Assembly: GCA_043821285.1 (NCBI GenBank)
Contig: JBDRCZ010000043.1
Location: 2,903 to 66,902, forward strand
Direction: 5' to 3'
Length of the DNA: 64,000 nucleotides
Source: Candidatus Omnitrophota bacterium
Lineage (GTDB): Bacteria; Omnitrophota; Gorgyraeia; B26-G9; JBDRCZ01
The first letter of the stretch is position 1. Each line of letters opens with the position of its first letter. Of this stretch, positions 57,604-64,000 are shown piece after piece. The notes below the pieces were generated by a model. That model had not been told where the DNA came from. It did not search any database and worked only from the letters and a program-made list of their open reading frames with translations. The position numbers were made by a program, and so were the translations under genes.

Positions 57604-59280
57604 ATGATGGATAAAAAAAAGAAATTACTGGGTGAGATGCTTATTGAGGCGGGTTTAATCGATGCAGAACAGCTGCAAAAAGCGCTTAAGGAACAGCGAA
57701 AAATAGGCCGGCGTCTCGGACAAACTTTGGTTGAGCTGGGTTATATCAGTCAGGAAGATTTAATCATTGTTTTAGGACGTCAATTGAATATTCCGCATAT
57801 TGATTTAAAAAACTATAGCATTAAACCCGAACTGGCAAAATTAATTTCCGAAAACATGTGCCGGCGGCACGAGATGATTCCGCTCGATAAAGTGGGTAAT
57901 ACCTTAACTATTGGTATGGCGGATCCGCTTAATATCTTTGCTATCGATGAAGTTCAACGTCTAACCCACTGCCGGATTGAACAAATTGTCTGCTCTCCTC
58001 AGGCAATAATCGAGGCAATTGATTATTGTTATGATAAGAAACCAGCTCCGGCCAAACGAAAAAAAACACCAGCAGAAGATGAGGATAAATCCCCGGTTGA
58101 AACTATTGAGCAGGGTAAAGAGGCAATTGCAATTGTTAATGAAATCATTGAATTGGCCATAAAAGAAAGAGCTACCGATATTCATATTGAACCGGATGAA
58201 GAAATGGTCAGAGTAAGGCTGAGGATTGACGGTCTGCTGCATCAAGTCCGTACCTTTTCTCAGGATTCATTGGGTACGATTGTTTCAAGAATAAAGATTC
58301 TTTCTGCACTGGATATTTCCGAAAAACGTCTTCCGCAGGATGGCCGGTTTGGCGTGAAGGTTGAAGAGCGCGAAATAGATTTGCGCGTTTCGACGCTGCC
58401 GACCGTTCTGGGAGAAAAGGTTGTAATGCGTTTGTTGGATAAAGCACAATTGTTTGTCAAGCTCGAACAACTTGGTTTTTTACCAAAAAATTTAGAGCTG
58501 TTTGAAAAACTGATTCATCGTCCTTATGGGATGATCCTTGTTACCGGACCTACTTCCAGCGGAAAAACAACTACTTTGTATTCTGCTCTCCAGACAATTA
58601 ACACGGTAGAAAAAAATATTTTAACTGTAGAAGACCCGGTAGAATACCGGCTTCGTTATATTAATCAGGTCCAGGTAAATCCCCGGGCCGGATTAACATT
58701 TGCCGCGGGTCTCAGGGCATTTTTACGCCAGGATCCCAATGTGATCATGATTGGCGAGGTCAGGGATTTAGAAACTGCGGAAATTGCCGTACAGGCCGCA
58801 TTAACCGGACACCTGGTATTTAGCACCATACATACAAATGATGCCCCCTCTACGATTTCCCGCCTTATCGATATGAAGGTTGAACCTTTTTTGGTGTCCT
58901 CAGCGGTTGTTGGCGTATTAGCACAGCGCTTAATCCGCCGTATTTGTCATGAATGCAAAGAGGCTTATAAACCGGATAAAGAATTAATTAAAGAACTGGA
59001 CTTAGCACCCGGAGATTATACGTTTTATCAAGGTAAAGGCTGCGAAAAATGCAAACAGACGGGGTATTATGGCAGGGAAGGTATTTTTGAGTTAATGATG
59101 ATTAATGATGAGATTAAACAATTAATTCTCGAAGGCGCTCCGGCGATAAATATTAAACATGCGGCGCAAAAAACCGGATTAAAAACCCTCAGAGAAGATG
59201 GTGTGGCAAAAATCGTCTCCGGCATTACAACTGCTGCTGAAGTATTCCGCGTGACCGCAGAAGAGGCACGTAGTGTATAA
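57604..59280 (+). CDS. pilB: Type IV pilus assembly ATPase PilB (GspE family)
   Basis: It has a T2SSE N-domain, Walker A (GPTSSGKTTT) and a tetracysteine motif (CHEC...CEKCKQTG). Confidence 0.9.
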   Translation: MMDKKKKLLGEMLIEAGLIDAEQLQKALKEQRKIGRRLGQTLVELGYISQEDLIIVLGRQLNIPHIDLKNYSIKPELAKLISENMCRRHEMIPLDKVGNTLTIGMADPLNIFAIDEVQRLTHCRIEQIVCSPQAIIEAIDYCYDKKPAPAKRKKTPAEDEDKSPVETIEQGKEAIAIVNEIIELAIKERATDIHIEPDEEMVRVRLRIDGLLHQVRTFSQDSLGTIVSRIKILSALDISEKRLPQDGRFGVKVEEREIDLRVSTLPTVLGEKVVMRLLDKAQLFVKLEQLGFLPKNLELFEKLIHRPYGMILVTGPTSSGKTTTLYSALQTINTVEKNILTVEDPVEYRLRYINQVQVNPRAGLTFAAGLRAFLRQDPNVIMIGEVRDLETAEIAVQAALTGHLVFSTIHTNDAPSTISRLIDMKVEPFLVSSAVVGVLAQRLIRRICHECKEAYKPDKELIKELDLAPGDYTFYQGKGCEKCKQTGYYGREGIFELMMINDEIKQLILEGAPAINIKHAAQKTGLKTLREDGVAKIVSGITTAAEVFRVTAEEARSV

Positions 59281-60730
59281 TTTTTTGCGCAAAGAAATTT
59301 CTTTAAAAACTAAGATTAGCACAAGTCTCTTGATTGCTATTCCGCTGATGATTGCCGTGCTTGTCTTTGGCTCGGGATTGTTTACCTATTATGTTGTACA
59401 GCAATTTTTTACCAGGTTGGAATTTGCCGAGGATATTCATCAATTCGAACCGATTTTCCCAGTACTTAAACTCTGGATTAAAGTGTCGGTGATTGCTGCG
59501 GTATTTCTCGGTTTAGTTCTTGCCTATACAATTACGATCCCAATTAAAAAATTAACCCTTAGCACAAAACATATTACCAAAGGAGATTTTACAAAAAACG
59601 TGCAGATCTCTTCTGAAGATGAGGTTGGGATGCTTGGTAGATCTTTCAATGAGATGGTCAGGTCTTTGAACGAGCAAATCATTGAAAGCATGACCGGTGG
59701 AGTGGTTACAGTTAATTTAAAGGGCAAGATTGCGACTTTTAATAGTGCCGCGGAGTTAATATTGGGATATGATTCAAAGGATGTTATTGGAAAATCATAT
59801 GATATTTTTTCAGGAGATCAACAGAGTAATAATGAGTTTATTGATTTAATTAATGCCGCAATAATTAATAAAAAGACCAGTTCTTCTCAGGAGATTTATA
59901 TTATATCTAAAACCGGCAAGAAAATTTTAATTGGCATAACCACTTCACTGCTGAAAGATAAAAAAAATACAATGCTGGGGATTATTGTTACCTTTAAGGA
60001 TTTAAGACAGATCAAGTATTTAGAACAGCAAATCCGCCGTGCCGATCGACTTGCCGCGGTGGGAAATTTGGCGGCGGGTGTTGCCCATGAAATAAGAAAT
60101 CCTTTAGGCTCAATAAGGGGGCTGGTGCAATTATTACAGGAGGATTTACCGCGGGAACATCCAAAACATCAATATACCGAGGTTGTGCTCAGAGAAATAG
60201 ACCGGCTGGATAAAGTTGTTGATGACTTGCTTAGTTTTGCAAAACCGGAAACCGAAACAAAGTTGTCCCCGGAAACATTAGAGATAAATAAACTGATCGA
60301 TACAACGCTGCAGCTTGCCCGCCACGATTGTTTGAATATGAAGGTGAATATCGATAAAAAATACGGCGCGAATTTGCCGAAAATAAAAGCTGATCCGAAA
60401 CAATTGCAGCAGGCATTTTTAAATATAATTTTTAATGCCTTTCATGCCATGGAAACAGGGGGAACACTTACGATAATGACACAAAAACTACCGCAAAATA
60501 ATTGTCTGGAAATACATTTTGCCGATACCGGCATTGGCATGAGTGATGAAATAATGAGTAAGTTGTTTGACCCTTTTTTTACCACCCGCAAAGGCGGCAC
60601 CGGACTAGGGCTTACAATTACCCATCAGATAATTAGTGCACACCATGGCAAAATTGATCTGCGTTCAGAACCAGGTAAAGGTACAGAGGTTATAATTTCA
60701 CTGCCAATAGAGCAAAACTTTTTGGGATAA
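59273..60730 (+). CDS. pilS: Sensor histidine kinase (PilS-like): TM, HAMP, PAS, HisKA, HATPase
   Basis: It has an H-box (AAGVAHEIRNPLGSIRG), an N-box and G-boxes (DTGIGM, GGTGLGL). Confidence 0.85.
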   Translation: MYNFLRKEISLKTKISTSLLIAIPLMIAVLVFGSGLFTYYVVQQFFTRLEFAEDIHQFEPIFPVLKLWIKVSVIAAVFLGLVLAYTITIPIKKLTLSTKHITKGDFTKNVQISSEDEVGMLGRSFNEMVRSLNEQIIESMTGGVVTVNLKGKIATFNSAAELILGYDSKDVIGKSYDIFSGDQQSNNEFIDLINAAIINKKTSSSQEIYIISKTGKKILIGITTSLLKDKKNTMLGIIVTFKDLRQIKYLEQQIRRADRLAAVGNLAAGVAHEIRNPLGSIRGLVQLLQEDLPREHPKHQYTEVVLREIDRLDKVVDDLLSFAKPETETKLSPETLEINKLIDTTLQLARHDCLNMKVNIDKKYGANLPKIKADPKQLQQAFLNIIFNAFHAMETGGTLTIMTQKLPQNNCLEIHFADTGIGMSDEIMSKLFDPFFTTRKGGTGLGLTITHQIISAHHGKIDLRSEPGKGTEVIISLPIEQNFLG

Positions 60731-60742
60731 GTGTTAAGTATC

Positions 60743-60820
60743 GCGTATTTCGTATCTAATATCTCGTATCTAGTATCTCGTTTTTTTTTACTAGATACGA
60801 GATACGAACGACGAGATACG
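60743..60820 (+). terminator. Long imperfect hairpin built from CGTATCT-type repeats with a T9 run in the loop, between pilS and pilR
   Basis: A perfect 14-bp stem pairs tatctcgtatctag (60760-60773) with ctagatacgagata (60791-60804), and weaker pairing extends the stem outward. The loop contains ttttttttt. Confidence 0.5.
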
Positions 60821-60838
60821 TTTTATGGGGAGGGAAAA

Positions 60839-62248
60839 GTGAATCAGATACCAACGGTTTTAGTAGTTGATGATGACCAAAGCATGTGTTTTATTCTTCA
60901 GGAGGCATTTAAGAAAGAAAAGTATAACGTACATGTCGTCAAGAGCGGTGAAGAAGCGCTAAAACTTGCTTCAAAAATCTCATTTGATGTGATTACCTTG
61001 GATATTAAAATGCCGGATATGGATGGATTTGAAGTTATTACAAAACTAAAACAAATAAATCCTGATCACGTTATTGTTATTGTTACCGCATACGGAGCAG
61101 AGAAAGTTGCCATCGAAGCAATACAAAAGGGGGCGTATGACTATTTTACCAAGCCGTTTGACCTTGAGACGCTGCGGGTCGTGATCAGACGGGCGATTGA
61201 AAAAAATAGACTGGACTTGGAAAATAGAACCTTGCGTGACCAAATAAAAAAAAGATACGATTTTAAAAATATCATTGGCAAATCCAGTAAAATGCTGGAA
61301 GTGTTTGAATTAATGAGTAAGCTTATCAACACTGATGTTACCGTGTTAATATTAGGAGAAAGTGGCACCGGCAAAGAGTTAGTTTCCCGGGCAATACACT
61401 ATAATAGCCCGCGCCGCGATAAACCGTTTATTAAGATAAATTGTGCGGCAATCCCGGATACCTTGCTGGAAAGCGAGCTTTTTGGTCATGAGAAAGGGGC
61501 GTTTACCGATGCTGCCGCGGCAAAGCCCGGTAAGTTTGAACTCGCGCATGGCGGGACGCTCTTTCTTGATGAAATCGGTGACATGAGCGCGGCTACCCAG
61601 TCAAAATTATTACGTGTCCTTCAGGAAAAAGAAATAGAAAGACTTGGCGGGACAAAGCCGATCAAGGTTAATGTGCGGATTATTGTCGCAACAAATAAAA
61701 ATCTTACCCAGACGGTTAAAGACGGTGAATTCCGGGAAGACTTATATTATCGAATTAATGTTGTTTCAATAAATCTGCCGCCCTTGAGACAGCGCCGGGA
61801 AGATATTCCCTACTTGATTGATTATTTTTTGGCAAATTTTAATGCCGAGTTCCACCGCAACATCAAAAATATATCGGTTGATGCAATGGAGCTGCTGATG
61901 AAATATAACTGGCCAGGGAACGTACGCGAGCTGGAAAATGTTCTACAACGGGCAATACTTGTCGCAGATAAAGATACGATTATCAAAGAATGCCTGCCAA
62001 TGTATCTTCGTTCAATGGAAAAAGAAAGTTATTATCAAAAGGTCGAGCATACGGATTTTACCCAGCCGCTGAACGATATTGTAAAAGAAGTCGTTTGTGA
62101 TATCGAAAAACAATTAATCCTTCAAGCCTTAAATAAGACTAATTGGAACCGTACCCACGCGGCCGAACTGCTTAAGATCAGCCGCAAGAGCCTGTTTAAT
62201 AAAATAAAACAATATGATATATATGATAAAGAAGACAGGCATGTATAA
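60839..62248 (+). CDS. pilR: Sigma-54-dependent response regulator (NtrC family, PilR-like)
   Basis: It has a REC domain (VLVVDDD...D), an AAA+ sigma-54 activation domain (GESGTGKE, ESELFGHEKGAFT) and a C-terminal Fis-type HTH. The GTG start at 60839 follows GGGGAGGG. The track ORF start at 60731 would translate the hairpin. Confidence 0.9.
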   Translation: MNQIPTVLVVDDDQSMCFILQEAFKKEKYNVHVVKSGEEALKLASKISFDVITLDIKMPDMDGFEVITKLKQINPDHVIVIVTAYGAEKVAIEAIQKGAYDYFTKPFDLETLRVVIRRAIEKNRLDLENRTLRDQIKKRYDFKNIIGKSSKMLEVFELMSKLINTDVTVLILGESGTGKELVSRAIHYNSPRRDKPFIKINCAAIPDTLLESELFGHEKGAFTDAAAAKPGKFELAHGGTLFLDEIGDMSAATQSKLLRVLQEKEIERLGGTKPIKVNVRIIVATNKNLTQTVKDGEFREDLYYRINVVSINLPPLRQRREDIPYLIDYFLANFNAEFHRNIKNISVDAMELLMKYNWPGNVRELENVLQRAILVADKDTIIKECLPMYLRSMEKESYYQKVEHTDFTQPLNDIVKEVVCDIEKQLILQALNKTNWNRTHAAELLKISRKSLFNKIKQYDIYDKEDRHV

Positions 62249-62263
62249 AAACCGAAAGGCAAC

Positions 62264-62358
62264 CACAGAACCACGGATGACACAGATTACGCAATACTTA
62301 GCCTTACAAAAAAACAAGCCACGGATCAACACGGATTGAACACGGATTGAACACGGAT
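62264..62358. repeat. Array of 7 CACRGAT heptamers, four of them tandem at a 10-11 bp period (cacggatcaa cacggattgaa cacggattgaa cacggataaaa)
   Basis: Seen directly. Inverted copies (catccgtgaaaatccgcgg) lie at 62484-62504. Confidence 0.75.
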
Positions 62359-62368
62359 AAAAAAACTA

Positions 62369-62465
62369 TGGATAAAAAAATTCCAGTACTACATTATCTT
62401 ATCAACTTTGCATAATGCCTTTTAGGCTTGCTACAGAGGTAGTCGAGTTAAGGGAAATTTTTTAG
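62369..62465 (+). promoter_or_regulatory. Conserved upstream element E2 (paralog of 55450-55547)
   Basis: Alignment shows about 75 percent identity with the same conserved end blocks. It lies about 60 nt upstream of pilC. Confidence 0.55.
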
Positions 62466-62528
62466 TCGATTTGATTACTTAAACATCCGTGAAAATCCGC
62501 GGCTAAAAAATATATATAAGGGAGCTGT

Positions 62529-63752
62529 ATGCCGATTTTTAAATATAAAGCCCGTGATCCATCTGGGAAAACTATAAAAGGTGAAATCGAAGCCGCGGAC
62601 CGGAATGCGGTAGTTAATAAATTACGGGCCATGGGATATTTTATTGCCTCGGTTGCCGAAGAAGTGCCTAAGACCAGTGTTGAGGCGCTAAATATAGATA
62701 TCGGCGATCTTTTGACCCGGGTTACGCCCAGAGACCTGGTAGTATTTAATAATCAATTGGCAACGATGATTAGTTCCGGGCTGACGCTAACATCCAGCTT
62801 AAGTATTTTAACCCAGCAGATTGAAAATAAGAAATTAAAACATATTGTTGCTGAGATTGGTGATGCCGTAGAAGGGGGTTCGTCTTTTTCCGCAGCATTA
62901 GAAAAACACCCTCATGTTTTTTCCCCCCTGTTCGTTAATATGATCCGCGCCGGTGAAACCGGCGGGGCATTAGATGAGATCCTAAAGCGGCTTTCAATGT
63001 TTGCCGAGCAGACGGAAGAGATTACTAGTAATATAAAGACCGCGCTTACCTATCCGACAATTATTGTTTCTCTGGCAATAGTCGTAGTAATTTTATTAGT
63101 AATAAAAGTATTTCCGGTTTTTGAATCACTGTTTGAGAGTTTGAACTTGGACCTGCCTCTGCCAACACAGATTCTCCTTTTTATAAGCAGAATTATTCGC
63201 GGGTATCTTATTGGTATTATTGTTGTTGCCGTAATATCAATCGTTGGTTTAATTAAATACTACAAAACAAAAGCCGGAAAACTGATGATTGATAATCTGT
63301 TATTAAGATTACCAGTTGCCGGCGATTTAATAAAAAAGATCGCGATTTCACGTTTTACCCGGACATTAAGCACACTAATTTCCAGCGGCGTGCCAATTAT
63401 GCAGTCTTTAAGAATTGTTCAGGCAACCGTAGGAAATGCAGTTGCGGCAAATGTAGTTGGTGATATAATTATTTATGTTAATCGCGGGGAAAGTATGGCC
63501 GAACCTTTAAGGCAAACCAAAGTTTTCCCCCCAATGGTTGGACATATGGTTGCAGTTGGCGAAGAAACTGGAACATTAGACACTATTCTTGGTAAAATTG
63601 CTGATTTTTATGACCGGGAAGTTAGTGTGACTATTCAACGTCTTAGCGCGGCAATTGAACCTTTTCTTATTCTGTTTGTTGGCATAATTGTCGGGATGAC
63701 TGCATTGGCATTGTTTTTGCCAATGTTTGATATGATTAAAGGATTTACCTAA
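62529..63752 (+). CDS. pilC: Type IV pilus inner-membrane platform protein PilC (GspF family)
   Basis: It has two GspF repeats, three transmembrane segments and the expected size. Confidence 0.9.
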   Translation: MPIFKYKARDPSGKTIKGEIEAADRNAVVNKLRAMGYFIASVAEEVPKTSVEALNIDIGDLLTRVTPRDLVVFNNQLATMISSGLTLTSSLSILTQQIENKKLKHIVAEIGDAVEGGSSFSAALEKHPHVFSPLFVNMIRAGETGGALDEILKRLSMFAEQTEEITSNIKTALTYPTIIVSLAIVVVILLVIKVFPVFESLFESLNLDLPLPTQILLFISRIIRGYLIGIIVVAVISIVGLIKYYKTKAGKLMIDNLLLRLPVAGDLIKKIAISRFTRTLSTLISSGVPIMQSLRIVQATVGNAVAANVVGDIIIYVNRGESMAEPLRQTKVFPPMVGHMVAVGEETGTLDTILGKIADFYDREVSVTIQRLSAAIEPFLILFVGIIVGMTALALFLPMFDMIKGFT

Positions 63753-63877
63753 ACTTGAGTAATCTATTTCACAGTGGGTAATAAAATATACAGCAAACCT
63801 GACAATGATCAATAATAGAAAAAATACATCTAAGCTTAAGTTTAATTATCAGAAGGTATTACAATTTTATAAATTTT

Positions 63878-63893
63878 TGGCATACTAATTGCT
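63878..63893 (+). promoter_or_regulatory. Sigma-54 promoter (TGGCAT-N5-TTGCT, -24/-12)
   Basis: The GG and GC spacing is exact against the TGGCAC-N5-TTGCW consensus. An ORF starts about 100 nt downstream. Confidence 0.55.
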
Positions 63894-63995
63894 TAAATTT
63901 AGATATAGGAGTAAAAAGCTAAAAAAAGACTTGACAAAATTTAAAATGACAATTATGATAGAAATAAACGAGATACTGCAGACAGGGAGGTGAGG

Positions 63996-64000
63996 ATGAT
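63996..64000 (+). CDS. Start of an ORF running off the window end; candidate major pilin gene
   Basis: An ATG follows a strong RBS (GGGAGGTGAGG). Its position downstream of pilC and a sigma-54 promoter fits a PilSR-controlled pilin gene. Confidence 0.3.

Noticed and set aside
60731-60838. N-terminal 36 residues of the track ORF for pilR
   Set aside because: They translate a palindromic repeat with a T9 run. A GTG with a strong RBS at 60839 gives a normal REC-domain N-terminus.
62306-62358. CRISPR array
   Set aside because: The tandem CACGGAT units repeat every 10-11 bp with no spacers. This is far too short for CRISPR, and there are no cas genes.

Overview
This is a low-GC (AT-rich) bacterial chromosomal segment, probably from an uncultured or candidate-phylum lineage. 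All calls are made by eye from the translated ORFs and the raw sequence; no searches were run.

Gene layout, left to right:
- 1-4.1 kb: an exported protein on the minus strand, an AEC-family transporter, smpB, and a tmRNA (ssrA) gene at about 3303-3730 with a terminator hairpin.
- 4.2-16.4 kb: a roughly 11 kb accessory/defence island bracketed by 133-bp direct repeats that are a duplicated piece of a lipoprotein gene. It carries three unknown ORFs, an XRE-type HTH protein, a RadC/JAB gene translationally coupled into a complete Type I restriction-modification operon (hsdR-hsdM-hsdS), a restriction-endonuclease C-terminal remnant, a two-gene HEPN-like plus membrane-protein cassette bracketed by a second pair of perfect 40-bp direct repeats, and a DUF433/DUF5615 toxin-antitoxin-like pair. 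No integrase was found.
- 17-25 kb: housekeeping genes: murI co-transcribed with the queuosine genes queD-queC-queE-queF, a two-subunit Fe-S fumarate/tartrate hydro-lyase, rph, rdgB and an MsbA-like ABC exporter.
- 26-55 kb: a very large surface-glycan locus. It starts at a consensus sigma-70 promoter with a perfect palindromic operator in front of a MarR/GbsR-like regulator. It contains Wzm/Wzt-type ABC exporter genes, eight glycosyltransferases and three SAM-dependent methyltransferases; a bifunctional 722-aa protein (N-terminal repeat domain plus two methyltransferase domains), an AsnB-type amidotransferase, radical-SAM/SPASM enzymes including a GT2-rSAM fusion, and a truncated B12-binding radical-SAM ORF. 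A pseudogenised four-helix-bundle gene and a HepT/MntA toxin-antitoxin pair sit inside it. It ends with a Dpm1-like polyprenyl-phosphate-mannose synthase and three polytopic GT-C/TPR membrane proteins (TMTC-like and PMT/ArnT-like).
- 55.5-64 kb: a type IV pilus regulatory and assembly block: a small Cys-containing membrane protein, a stand-alone HAMP-domain protein, pilT, pilB, pilS, pilR and pilC. A well-matched sigma-54 promoter lies in front of an ORF that starts at the window end and is probably the pilin gene.

Most notable non-coding signals:
- A family of helically phased heptamer repeats (ATCYGTG / CACRGAT) at seven or more intergenic loci.
- A double-hairpin leader element present four times.
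- A conserved roughly 100-nt element upstream of two pil-region genes.
- Six tandem octamers in the murI leader.
- A 180-bp nested inverted-repeat element inside the que operon.

The best candidates for an undescribed system are the repeat-bracketed HEPN-like plus membrane-protein cassette beside the Type I R-M, and the Dpm1 / TMTC-like GT-C module next to the type IV pilus genes.
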